A stretch of DNA of 64,000 bases, from contig JAWMAR010000485.1 in NCBI GenBank assembly GCA_036785375.1, positions 1,364,001 to 1,428,000 of the forward strand, given 5' to 3'. The notes under the pieces are model-generated. The model ran no database searches and was not told the DNA's origin. It saw only the letters and a list, made by a program, of their open reading frames with translations. Shown piece after piece: positions 50,293 to 63,100 of this stretch (position 1 is its first letter; every line of letters begins with the position of its first letter). The stretch is from Leucoraja ocellata (Eukaryota). A program made the translations under genes and the position numbers.

Positions 50293-50819
50293 CTGAAAGA
50301 GGGAATATAGTGTTAAGTACCTGTGGAACATCAAAGCAAAACCACATTTCCAATTGTTATTAGACCCGCACACAAATAGCCTTTCCATTGGATAGACAAA
50401 TAAAAAGTTTGCTAAAATTTGAGGTTTCATCACAATGGAAAGAAAAAATAAGTTCTATCTAGCACATTGCAAGTAGTAGGGGTTAAATGTATCCGTTTGC
50501 TTCCTAAATAAAATCCACTCTTGCATATAATTTAGGCGAGTCAATAGTCACAGTGCATTTAACAGCTCGAGGGACAATGGAGATGCAAAATACAGTTAAT
50601 ATAGGTTCAGCATCCAAGTCCTTTGCTATCTATTATTAAGAAGGGTCAGGACACAATTAAATATCTCTTTTCTGATCTGTGGAGACTATGTCACAGCAAA
50701 GGTTTTCGATTATCAATGTTAAGGCAATGTTAAAAGTGCAAGATTTCTGGTAACATAGTTATTGATGACCAGGGCATGTCAAACACCTTTTCAGTCATTA
50801 AAATACAACTAAAATATGT

Positions 50820-51135
50820 ATTCCCCTGTAACCCAGGCAGCCAATTTGAATTTAAAGTAACAAAAATAACAAGTTTGTGACCAGTCATCTATTTCAATAA
50901 TGTTTTATGGGATAAATGTTGGCCATGACTCCAGAATGACGACTTAAAAGTAGACCGATAGGATATTGTGCCATTTACTCAAGAGAGCATTCAGAGCCTC
51001 GGGTTAATATCTCATACAAAATATAGAGTCCAAACAGTGCAATACTACCTCAATACTGCTAATGACTGTGCTGTTGTGAGAATTAAGGCACGTAATCCAA
51101 AATACCGAGTGCCAATGAATCAGTCATAACTCACA
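50820..51135 (-). mobile_element. Degraded DeuSINE (SacSINE1/AmnSINE1-like); weaker remnants at about 7500-7675 and 22470-22600
   Basis: gggataaatgttggcca...gcctcgggttaatatctcat...acagtgcaatactacctcaatactgc resembles the recalled Deu-domain consensus. Confidence 0.55.
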
Positions 51136-51502
51136 TCATTTGGAGTGTATATCATTTATGAACAATTGAATAAAAGCAATAAAATGTGGATAGTGAAAAC
51201 ACTGAATTTAGTCATTGCCAATATTAGTGCTTTGTATCTTCTACCTTCAAAGCATGTTAAACTGAGAAGTGTGTTTCACATTCAGCGTGGGCATAACTAT
51301 CGCATAATTAAAGTTAATTTAGATCTTGGGCTCCTACAAGCATAATTTATATACATAAAGGGTGCACCGGCTGTTCAAAATCATTGAATATCACCACAGA
51401 AAGTACATTAAACAAAGCAAAAGGTATAGTATTAAAAAAATAATTTTGATTACCAGATGAAATTGTGGGCAATACTAATTTCAAAACAACATCTGTCCTG
51501 AC

Positions 51503-51618
51503 CTGTCTGAGCTGCCGGAAGCCAAGAGATACTCATTCGGGTGGAACTCCACAATATTTACAGGTCCAGTGTGATCTGTAAATTCCGTTAGAATTTTTGC
51601 AGCTGATAAATCCCACAG
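51503..51618 (-). CDS. KATNB1: KATNB1 exon [38 protein letters not shown]
   Basis: tttcAG|...|GTCAGG, 116 nt. Confidence 0.96.
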
Positions 51619-52479
51619 CTGAAAAAAAGACAGAGGAAAAAAAAGGCTTCTAAAGATAACTCTTTCTACATTCAATAATTTAGATAGTGGACAGGTAGTA
51701 GATCAAGGAAAGAGGCTTAAAGCACATTTACCAACTTTAATTTTGATGGTATTACTCAGTTGAAGGCACCTTCCTACAGGCAATTACTTCTTAAAAAATG
51801 CACACAAGAAATGGCAAAAGTGTTGGATACTAAATTGGCTCTTTTTCCATCTTTGTATCCAATCTTGACAGGATGCATTTTCACATCACATTAAGTGAGT
51901 ACTGAACAGTCTCCTTATGTTGTGCCAAGCAAAATAGCTCAAAAAGGGAAAAGAAAGATAAAGGGAATATATTTTCTGTTTAATCAAAAGTTTCATACTT
52001 TTCAAAATAAATTAATCCATAACACAATGGATATTTTGACCGAGGATCAATTAACCTAGTTAGACAAACGTTAATAGGACAGCTTGAGTCCTGAATTAAT
52101 TTGGATTACCAAAAATCCATTGTCCAAGTCAACGTTCAAGCAATTTACTAAAAGACCCAAAGCAAATTTGACACCTACTGCTGTGGATGTCAATTAAGTG
52201 TTCACAAACAGAAGATTGCATAATGCTGGGGAAGCAAATATAATGCAAAGACCACATTTATCATCCATACTTTCTTGCACAAAAAGGTAAAGTGGTGGTG
52301 AAGCTCAAGAAGCAGTATTCAACAGGAAGTTACAAGATTTTGACACCTACAATAATGCAGTCATTATCCTTGTAGACACATGGGTCACTTTTATCAGTGT
52401 TTGGGCCCATGTTGGATTATCAAAGAAAGTCTGAAACAACATGTTTTATCAGCATAACCAGAAAACAGAGCTATCTTAG

Positions 52480-53062
52480 ATGCCACCGTTCCCCAGCCCC
52501 GCACGGTCCGATTTTACCTGATCCCCAAAATCCATAAAACTAACTGTCCTGGCAGACCCATTGTTTCTGCCGGCTTGTGTCCCATGGAACTTATTTCCAC
52601 ATACCTCGACTCCATCCTATCCACCCTAGTTAAATCCCTCCCTACCCAAGACCTCACACGCTCTTCGCCTCCTCCATGACTTCGGTTTTCCAGGCCCCCA
52701 TTCCCTCATCTTCACCATGGATGTCCAGTCACTCTACACCTCCATCCCCCCACCAGGGGGGTCTTAAAACCCTCCTTTTCTTCCTTAACCGCAGAACCAA
52801 CCAATCCCCGTCTACTGACACTCTCCTCTGCCTAGCGGAGCTGGTCCTTACTCTTTGTAGGGGACGTCGAACAATCTTTGTTTGAGGTGTACCGTGGCCC
52901 TATCCCCAAACTCTACCTACGCTACATCAATGACTGCATTGGTGCTACCTCCTGCACCCGTACAGAACTCACTGACTTCATCCATTTCACCACTAACTTC
53001 CATCCGGCACTCAAATACACCTGGACCATTTCTGACATCTCCATACCGTTTCTAGACCTCAC
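52480..53062 (+). mobile_element. Penelope-like reverse transcriptase fragment, internally deleted
   Basis: RFYLIPKIHK..CPGRPIVS, FTMDVQSLYTSIP, LYLRYIND(C)IG, FHPALKYTW, IPFLDL; the GVAMG segment is missing. Confidence 0.88.
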
Positions 53063-53691
53063 TCGAGTGTAATAACTTAAAAGCTTCTTGACACACAAGT
53101 GGATGCCAAACTGCATACTCTAGTGTTGTATGAGGTGTTTTTCATTCATTTATTCATTTGATGAGGCCATCACTGGCAAGGACATCATTTACTGCTTACC
53201 TAGAGGAAATTAGGGATGACCATACCAGTAAAACCAAAAGTATTATTTCACTAATAATTTGAAATATATTAAACTTTCTGAATTTTGTATTGTGCCATTT
53301 CATGCTGTTCACAATCATTGCAGTACCATCCCAAATAATGACCTCTGACTTTCCTTCTCAATTGAAAGTGGAACACAAGAAGAAAATACAGCAATATATT
53401 ATCAAGATTTTCCATGCTCCACTTTGATCTTCTCACGTTCATCACTCAACATAATATGTTTTGGCATTCAGCATGTAATCCATACTTAAATACCCATCAA
53501 GAGAAATTAACTTTATTTTAAACAAAATAGTTGTTATAAACAAGGTATTACCGATTGTAACTCAGTAAAAGCCTTGGGAGCTTTTCTTGTACACGGATTT
53601 TCCAGAGGTTAAGAAAGTATTTCAGCCAAATTCAGTAAATTAATTGTTTGTATTTGTCGCATTCTTATTCTGCAAAGCTCTAAGTAAATAC

Positions 53692-53775
53692 CTTCACGGT
53701 GCTATCATCTCCAGCAGCAGCAATCCATCGCCCATCAGGACTGAACCTTAAACACCGCACGGCATTTGTGTGTCC
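53692..53775 (-). CDS. KATNB1: KATNB1 exon [28 protein letters not shown]
   Basis: tgcAG|...|GTATTT, 84 nt. Confidence 0.96.
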
Positions 53776-53829
53776 CTGCAAAGGCACCAGTGACAGTTTA
53801 TGGTGTAGCACTAACTATATCAACTATTT

Positions 53830-54590
53830 TGTACTTCATGAGGTCAAATGCAAGGGGGGAATTTACAGTTATTGGCAAGACCCTTAGCGGCATTGACGTG
53901 TGGATGGATCAAACAAGTCCATAGCCCACTGTAAGTTGCAAGACAAGTAGATGGAGTGATAAAGAAGGTGTATGGTATTCATTGTTGTGCATTGTGCACA
54001 GGAGTCTGGAAGTCATGTTGGAAATTTATAAAACGTTGGTTAGGATACATTTGAAGTGTTATATGGAGCTCTGGTCACCCCTTTGCAGGGAGAGATTTTG
54101 GGGAGGCGGCAGAAGAGGTTTAGCAGAATGCTGCCTGGAATTGAGAGCATTAGAAACTAGAAACAAGCAAAAGCTTTTTCCCTGGGTTGATATGTCAAAG
54201 CCAAATGTCAATGGCATAGCTTTACAGTCAGAGAGGGAAGTTTAAAAAGAGATGTGCAATGTAGACTTTTTTTTAAAACAGAGTGGTGGGTGCCTAGAAT
54301 GTTCTGCTAGGGAAGCTGGTAGAAGCAGATATAATAGAGGTGTTTTGTCAGACTTTTAGATAGGCATATGGATATGCAGGGAATGGATATGGATCACGTG
54401 CAGGCAGAGTTCATCTGTCAGTCTGAAGAAGGGTTTCGGCCCGAAACGGTGCCCCTTTCCTTTGCTCCATAGATGCTGCCGCACCCACTGAGTTTCTCTA
54501 GCAATTTTGTCTACCTTCCAGAGTTCATGTGCAGGCAGGCAGAAGATACTGTAGGCCATAAAGCCTGTTCCTGTCCTGTTGTTCTATGTG
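53830..54590 (+). mobile_element. Degraded CR1 3' part
   Basis: RSLEVMLEIYKTLVRIHLKCYMELWSP in ORF 53982-54245. Confidence 0.75.
54415..54518 (+). mobile_element. 104-bp Penelope-tail insertion with hammerhead core (cleavage triplet mutated to GGU)
   Basis: 10-bp TSD cagagttcat (54405-54414, 54519-54528); CTGAAGAagggtttcggcccGAAACggt. Confidence 0.85.
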
Positions 54591-55373
54591 TTACACAATA
54601 CAAATAAGCAAGCAGCATCCAACAAGGATTTGTGTCAAGACTGTGACAAATGTTGAAACTGACAAAGAAAAAGCGGTTTGAGGGTTGTCACTGACCATCT
54701 GAATAAGCCTTTCATCAGGCAAATGCAGATGAGGAAAGCTGTGATCTGGTCTGGACGGTTTGCGTAACTTTTTGATTTTAGAGAAGGTTCAATATAGCAC
54801 AGCACAGCACCATAAAAAATCCCAGCATAAATATATGAAGCATTTGAATTAGGGTTTCAATCTCGACTTTATAGTCACAGCAGAAGGTGTAGATAGGCAT
54901 AAATCCCATTCAGGTACAAATGTTATTCACATTAGTGATTATCAAAGTGGATTGATTGACGAGAGAATTAAGAATTATTTATTGGTATTTCAAAAAGATG
55001 TGCTTACAAAAAGGGACCAGCAAAAAGAACCAGAAAGGTCAGAGGTTTCCCAAAATGAGTCAAGTCAGAAAGTGTAAGGAAAGAGTGGAGTCCAGCAAGA
55101 AATTAAAGAGCAGGGGCAATTGGTCCCTTTATGCTCTCATGAATATAACCAACACCTATTGCTGTATATCTTGATGGCACCAATTCTCACCACAAATATC
55201 ATACAAATAGAACACCACACTAAGATAGCACTAAACTGTTGCCATTCAGCACGTTTTCCTGATGTCCAAAATAGATTCCCTTTACAGTCAAAAATTGCTG
55301 CAAGGTTAACTGACAGGTAACCATTTTGCCATCAGCCGAACAAAAAAATGTGTACAAAAACTTGTTACCTCAC

Positions 55374-55415
55374 CTTGTATGTCATTACACAACCTTTCCT
55401 CCGAATGTCCCACAA
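55374..55415 (-). CDS. KATNB1: KATNB1 exon LWDIRRKGCVMTYK
   Basis: tctAG|...|GTGAGG, 42 nt. Confidence 0.95.
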
Positions 55416-56084
55416 CTAGAAATAGAAACACAGCAGATAAGTTTGCAAATTTCCAGCAAAATTTGATCTAATAAATATTAACAACTGTGTGTTGGCAATA
55501 GATAGTAAGGACAACTGCCGTGGCAGGAGTGACTACAACTTTGCTGCATCACCCACCTTAAGTCTTCAAGATTAAGAATTATTGAAAAAAAGTAACTTCA
55601 GGACCTGTCATACGACTTTCCATGTCCATTGTATTGTAGGAGACAAAAGCAAATTTACACCTCAACCTCCCATAAACAGAAGCATGATCAAGACCAGATA
55701 ACTATCATTAGACATGACTAAAAGTTAAATATTGGCACAAAAGAGCTGGAAGATAGAATTAATATGTCTGAGTGAACCACTGGTCAGCGTGGATATGGCA
55801 GGCCAAATAGCTCGTTTCCATACTGTACAACTACGGCACAATTAAATCCTGTATTTTTAAGGAATGAGAGTCTTGAAAATATTTTATTAGGCAAGGGTAT
55901 CAGGAGGAAAAAAAAGTCATGAGGCAGTCACATGGAATTCTGGAGAAAGAGGATCAATTAGGAGCCGCTGTTGCTAGCGTCCGTCAGACTGACAGTCATG
56001 CCGGAGAAAAATTGTCTTTTCTTATTCCTAAAGTGTTATTTTAAAGTTGCACTTAACCACAATTTGTTCTTTACTATATAGTAC

Positions 56085-56185
56085 CTTTACATTGGTGTCC
56101 ATAGAGCCAGAAGCCACAAACTCTCCAAAAGGATGAAAGTCTAAACTGCAGATGTTGGCTTTGTGACCAGACAGCGTCCGAAGGA
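56085..56185 (-). CDS. KATNB1: KATNB1 exon [34 protein letters not shown]
   Basis: tcaAG|...|GTACTA, 101 nt. Confidence 0.96.
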
Positions 56186-56988
56186 CTTGAAAGAAAAGAA
56201 AAACTACAATGTTTATACATTATCATACACATTACTGGTTTATGAATTACCCAAAGAGAAGTTAATAATTACAACATGGCATTCAGGTTGAAACAGCAGC
56301 TTGTTTTCATGAATCCAGCATTAAACTTTTCTTAATCAGGTTGCAAAATCACAATTCCATACAGTTTTGTTTAGCTAACGTTTCAGCTGTGCACATGGCT
56401 TTTAACAAATACATCACTTCTATTGATAGTTTTTTTGAATGCTGAAATGTTCTCATGTCTCTACCTGATCCATCACCATGTTTAATTACCACAACTACAA
56501 ATATTTTCTTTGAAAAATTGTTTTTCAAAATGAGGAACAAGCAAAGAAAAGTGATATTATACATGCCAAAATAAATATCCACATTATTTTATTCACCAGA
56601 GTTAATATTTGTTGCATTTTTTCACAAACTATTTGACTTGAACTGCTACATTTCTTAAAAATATACCCATAACGAATTACTAGGATTTTCGTAACATAAA
56701 TAATTGAAAAACGTCTCTTTCATCTACAAAGTAATTCCTTTGTAATCTGTTTAGGTAGCTAATCAAGGACATGCACAGTCTTCAGTTCGGTACAAAAATC
56801 TGCGTTCAATGGTGTTTACACTCTTCATCAGCATTTATCAGGAGAAACCAATGAAACTAAACTAGACTAAATCAGAAGAGAAACTCACCTTTGTCATTGT
56901 TCAATCTAAAAATGGTGGCAGACTTAAAGAAAAAAACATAGGTCTGTGTAGGAAGGAACTGATTGATAAAATAAAAATTGGTACTTAC

Positions 56989-57106
56989 TCTTAGCGGCTT
57001 CCAAATCCCATATTCTTAGTGATCCAGACCGTGAGCCTGCAACAACCAACTCCTCAGAGTCTTTAAATTGAATACATTCGACTGGTGTGTTGTGACCTGT
57101 AAGACT
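56989..57106 (-). CDS. KATNB1: KATNB1 exon [14 protein letters not shown]...[11 protein letters not shown]
   Basis: tatAG|...A|GTAAGT, 118 nt. Confidence 0.96.
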
Positions 57107-57382
57107 CTATAGTGAAATTTCTGTTTTAAATTATGCTTTGTTATGCTGTAGAAAATAAGGTGATACATGCACACAAATGGGCGTACAACATTTGAAGCAT
57201 TTGGATAAAAGCACAGTATTCCAAATTTGAGGGAAGCGCTTTTAAATTCCAGATGTCATGAGCATTTAAACTCATGTAATTAGTTTAACCGACTTCACAG
57301 TCAACAAATATTCCACAAGATTTCACAACAATATCTACTTCATCTTGTAATAGTGCAACTACATGCCAAGAGATCAGTGAAT

Positions 57383-58500
57383 TTTTTTTGTTTCAAAAAT
57401 AAACTTCATTCATAAAATATACACAAAATACAAAATGATAATGATAGTCTAATTGAATTTATACCTACCAGGTACAAAACAATGCCTATCACATGGCCTC
57501 CTTGACAAGTTTGAGAGACTAGTATACGGGACTCATACCCTTAGTACCCAGTGGCAAGAGGACCTCAGATTCCAGTTCTTCCCCACTGTACCAAGCTTCC
57601 ATGCTTCATTAAGTGCATTCACTTAGAGACATCTTGTAGCACTGGGAGACCGACACGCAGACCAAAGTGCATTTTACACAGAATAGACGAACTTCCAAAC
57701 AGCAACTCATGTTTGTCTCGGTGCATCCGGGTACAGCCTGTAAATCAGTCCGGTGGTCCTCTGTTATACAGTTGCTTGGGCTGAATCCTGACCAAGACCT
57801 TTGCATTCTTTTCCAGATCTTCTTTGCAACCGCACAGTCCATGAAGAGGTGGACAATTGCCTTATACTCATCATAGCTGTCTGGAGGACATTGTGCACTG
57901 AGGGCAAGATGTTGTCTTTGCAAGAAGGATCTGACAGAGAGGGCCCTGCTCACTGCCAGCCAAGTAAGGTGTTGGTGCTTGTTGGCATGTTCCGGTAATT
58001 AGAAATTCTGCCAAATAGTTTTGAGGATTTGGTTGGGGAACCAATCCACAGAATCTTTTTCCTACTGTTTGTTCTGCACTGGGCACTGTCTGATAGACAT
58101 GGTTCAAGGACATTTTCCTGAAATAATTTTTCCACAGAGGACAAGTAACACAGCAGAGTGCCCTCAGCAAAGAGGACCAATATTTTACAACCCTGTGAAC
58201 AGATACAACTTTAGCACAATGTGACACTTATTGCTCGTGTACTTTGGTTCAATGCACAGCCTGATTTGTGATCAGAATGGGGTCAATCCAGGATACTCTT
58301 TCTTCTCCCCCACTCATTCCCCACTCCATTTTCCAAAGATCTGTGCATTGCAACTCCTTGTGCACACCCCATCTTGAATCCAGAGATGAAACAAAAGATG
58401 GCTTGGATGTCCGTTACTGTAGAGTGGGGTATGGACCACACGTGCACCTTGCACAGCAGCACAGAGAGCACCTGATAGATTCTGCAAAGGGTTCTCTGCA
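57383..58500 (-). mobile_element. L1/Tx1-clade LINE 3' end
   Basis: ALSVRSFL...AQCP...IVHLFMDCAVAKKIW (degenerate CCHC zinc finger) and A-rich tail on - strand. Confidence 0.7.
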
Positions 58501-59163
58501 GCACACAAGCAAGACAGCAGTTCAGTAAATAATACATTCAGTAATATAAGCTACCTGGGCTCACTCATGGACTCCCTAGAACTCAAGGCCAGATTTGAAA
58601 AAAAATATGGCTGGTATACAAATGCTATTGAAAAAATTAATGAATTTACTTTGGTCATCCAATCTTTGCTGATAAAGTGGTGTAAAATCAATCTGCCTGT
58701 AATGTTGGCATGGTTTTAACTCTAAAAAAATCAACATTGAGTGAGAATTGTTAAATGGTTTTGCCAATAAAAGGAATGAAAAATACAGATAAACACAGTT
58801 TTACCAGATCCTGTACAATACCACAAAAAGTAGAAAAATATACATGATCTGTTTTTTTTTTCAAAATGGGGCCTTTAAATCAATCAAGAAAATATATGAT
58901 GGGTCACTTGGAATAGGTTAGATGAAAGTACAACCTGATTTTTAAACAGTAGCACACCATAGCTACAAAGTCAGGAGCATTCTCTATTCTCCAGAAGAAA
59001 TATTTATACATCTTAGCCAGCTATTTGTAAAGTTTGTGAGAATGTGTAATTCTAATTTGAGGGCAAAGTCGTGTGCTGACCTTGTGAGGCAAAACCACAC
59101 AATTTCACATAAACCTTAAAGGAGGGATAAAAGTTACTACTATTTGAACATCTATTAACTTAC

Positions 59164-59294
59164 CATAACACAGTTAGGTTTGCTGACTGACCATAAGTTG
59201 ACTCGACAGTCTTCACCACCTGTGGCCAACAGTCTGCCTGAATTCTTCCCCAGCACCAGGCATGTTACATTTCCAGCATGAGCAACAAACTCTT
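59164..59294 (-). CDS. KATNB1: KATNB1 exon (Q)[43 protein letters not shown]
   Basis: tatAG|...|GTAAGT, 131 nt, phase 1 start implies a further upstream coding exon. Confidence 0.96.
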
Positions 59295-60179
59295 CTATAC
59301 GCAGGATGCAAAAGAATTTCAGTGATCAATTTGACAACTTGGTTATCTAATCACTTTAATATGACCGGAAAAATAAAATTCAAAAAGCTTAAGGCAGAAA
59401 GAAAAACAAAACCAAGCCAAAGTTAAGATGCAAAAAGGTATGCATTTCCTGAACATTTCATTCACATATTCAATATTATAATCTTTAATTCATAAACAGA
59501 TCAACCACAGATGTTCTCTATTTCGAACATCAGGCGTTACAATTCCTAAAACATCCATTACTAAGCTACTCCATACATCGAAACTTAAAAGCAATAAAAT
59601 CTCTAATTTTTTACAAATATATCGTCCTGTAAATTCACTCATTATCGCTTTCCTGAAAATGCTATTTCTCTTTTCTATCTCTCTCACATTTGATTTTATT
59701 TCCTTGCTCACTCGTCCCTTTGTTCCCCTTCACAAGGCTTTGGTCCCAGGTTTTGCTAATGCAATCAAAATAACATATAAACAAAGCCGCTTTATGCAAC
59801 AATTCTGTTTCAACAGAAATATTATGTTTCTAATCTTCTTGATTAGGGCGTCAGAGATTACAAGAAGAAGGCAGGAGAATGGGGTTAGGAGGGAGAGATA
59901 GATCACCCATGATTGAATGGTGGAGTAGACTTGATGGGTCGAATGGCCTAATTCTGCTCCAATCTTTTATGACCTTATGATTATTATTAGGGTAATTTTG
60001 ACAGAGTGGTATGAATGTATTCACACATGTCAAACAATAATCATCTCAGACAAATGCCTAATTACCTCCCCTTGTCGTTCAAAGGAAAATGCCAACTGAC
60101 AAACATAAATATTCTAGCAAACATTACTGACCACTATCCACAGCCAGATGTAATGGAATATAGCTCCACCAATACATAG

Positions 60180-63100
60180 GATACCATGAGAAGCAAGTAA
60201 GGAGATCGCTGGGGCTCTAGCAGGGATTTTTGCATCTTCAGTAGACACATGCAAGGTACCAAGACGACCGGAAGATAGCTCGTGCGGTTTCTCTATTCAC
60301 TAACAATAGGGATAAGCCAGGAAAGTACAGACTGGAGAGCTTACATTCTAAGGTACAGGATCTATATTCACTTGGAAAGGTAGGGACTGATTATGAGTTA
60401 GCATGGTTTTGTGCAGGGGAAATCCAATCTCATAAATCTGATGAGTTTTTTTATAGGGTTAATTAAGAAAACCAATGTAAGAATAGTAAAAGTGGTTTAA
60501 ATGGACATTAGCGAGGCATTTTTACATAGTCCCAAACAGTTGACTTGTCCTGAAGGCTTGGGGATACAGGGTTTAAGGTGGATTCAAAATTGGCCTGATG
60601 ATAGGAGGCAGTGGGCAGTAGTGATGGGGATTTTTGATCCTGAAAATTTATAACCAGTAACATACCACAGGGACCAGAGCTGGCATATTGACATATGTAA
60701 TTTATTTGGATGGGAATCTTGGTGAATCAATTATTAAGTTTTTTTTTTTTTAATGGTGGAATAAAAGATAGTGAAGACAGTTGGGGATATACAACAGTTA
60801 TAAAGTAAGACCAAACAATGGCGGGTGAAATTTATTGTGAATGTGAGGCAATCCATTTTGTGACATTAAATACTTACAGGATATATACAATCAATACAGG
60901 GACCTCAGGATTAAGGGAGGTAAAGAAACCGTTAGGAGGTAATGACCATAATATGATAAGTTTTAATTTGCAATTTGAGAGGGAGAAGGTTAAATCAGAA
61001 GTGTCAGTGTTGCAGTGAACAAAGGGGACTGTGAAGGCATGAGAGAGGAGCTGGGCAAGGTCGACTGGAAAAGGATCCTAGCAGGAATGCCGGTGGAACA
61101 GCAATGGCAGGAATTTCTGGGCATAATCCAGAAGATGCAGGATCATTTCATTCCAAAGAGGAAGAAAGATTCTAAGGGGCTGACAAGGGAAGTTAGGGTT
61201 GGAATAAATAGAAAAGGTGTATAACATAGCAAAGAGCAGCGGGAAGCCCGAAGATTGAAAACTTTCAAAGGGCCACAGAAGGTAGCAAAAAGGGCAATAC
61301 TGGGTGAAAAGATGAAGTACGAGGGTAAGCTGGCCAAGAATATAAAGAAGGATAGTAAACGCTTCTTTAGGTATGCTAAGAGAAAAAGGTTAGTAAAGAC
61401 AATGAGGGTCCCTTTTAGGCAGAAAAAGGTGAAATTATTATGGGGAACAACAAAATGGCAGAAGAGTTGAACAGGTACTTTGGTTCTGTCTTCACTAAGG
61501 AAGACACAAACAATCTCCCAGATGTATTAGAGGACAGACGATCTAGGGCAAGGGTTCCCAACCTGGGGTAAATTTACCCAGGGGATAAATTTATTGATTC
61601 TGGATTTGTAGATATTTTTTCTTATTGACTGACTGTGTTTGGTTCTGTTGATCATTAGTTGTTCATAAATAAGTGAAATAACATTGTTATGTGCTATTAA
61701 AGTTGCCAGGGATAAACGGGACAAAAAAGGTTGGGAACCCCTGAACCCCGCATACGGCCCAGGAGCCATAGGTTGCCGGCCCCTGATGTAGATAAATGTA
61801 AGGTTATCCACTTTGGCGGCAAGAACAAGGAGGTAGATTATCTCAATGGTGTCAGATTATGAAAAAGAGAAGTGCTATGAGATCTGGGTGTCCTTGTACA
61901 CCAGTCACTGAAAGTAAACATGCAGTAACATCAGGCAATGAAGAAAGCTAATGGCATGTTGGCCTTCATAATGAGAGGATTTGAGTATAGGAGTAAAGAG
62001 GTCCTTCTACAGTTGTATAGGGCCCTGGTGTGATCATCTGGAGTATTATGTGCAGTTTTGGTCTCCTAATTTGAGGAAGGACATCCTTGCTATTGAGGCA
62101 GTGCAGCGTAGGTTCATGAGGTTAATCCCTGGGATGGTGGGACTGTCATGAGGAAAAATTGGAGTGACTGGGCTTGTATTCACTGGAATTTCAAAGGATG
62201 AGAGGGGATCTTATAGAAGTGTATAAAATTATAAAAGGACTGGACAAGCTAGAAGCAGGAAAGATGTTCCCAATGTTGGGGGAGTCTAGAACCAGGGGGC
62301 CACAGTCTAACAACAAAGGGGAGGCCATTCAAAACTGAGATGAGAAAAAACGTTTTCACTCAGAGAGTTGAGAATTTGTGGAATTCTCTGCCACAGAAGG
62401 CAGTAGCGACCAATTCACTGGATGAATTTAAAAGCGAGTTAGATAGAGCTCTAGGGGTTAGCGGAATCAAGAGATATGGGGAGAAGGCAGGTACGAGTTA
62501 CTGATTGTGGATGATCAGCCATGATCATAATAAATGGAGGTGTTGGCTCGAAGGGGCAAATGGCCTCCTCCTTCATCTATTTTCAATGTTTTTACGTTTC
62601 ATTTTCTATGAGTGTTATCAGATAGAAGGACATTGAAAGGAAAGTACATAGTTCCCTGAAAGCAGCGTCCAAGTGAATAGGGCAGTAAAGATGGCATTCC
62701 GCATTGTTGCCTTCATAGACTATGGCCTTGCGTATAAATGCTAGGATGACATGTTTCAACTATATAAAACATTGGTCAGGCCACACAGAGTATTGCGTAC
62801 AGTTTTGGTCGCCACAGTACAGGATGTGGTAACAATAAAAAAGATTGCGGAACAGATTAACCAGTATGTTGCCTGGAATGGAGGGCTTTACTTGTCTGGA
62901 GAGATCGGGTTTATTTTTGTAAAATGTCAAGGTATAAACATTTTGAGATTTATAAAATTGAGAGGCATAGATAGGACAGGTCGTCATAGTTTTTTTTCAA
63001 GGGGTGATTGTTTAAAAGTAATGAGCCTTCAGGACAAGTCAACTGTATGGGACTGTGTGAAAATGCCTTGCTAATGTCCATTTAAACCACTTTTACAATG

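Larger units (their letters stand above)
33119..59294 (-). other. KATNB1: Katanin p80 WD40 subunit B1 gene span (first coding exon not in window)
   Basis: 18 exons, 1928 coding nt, all GT-AG and in phase; WD40 repeats, proline-rich linker and con80 C-terminal domain; exon sizes largely equal those recalled for human KATNB1. Confidence 0.95.
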
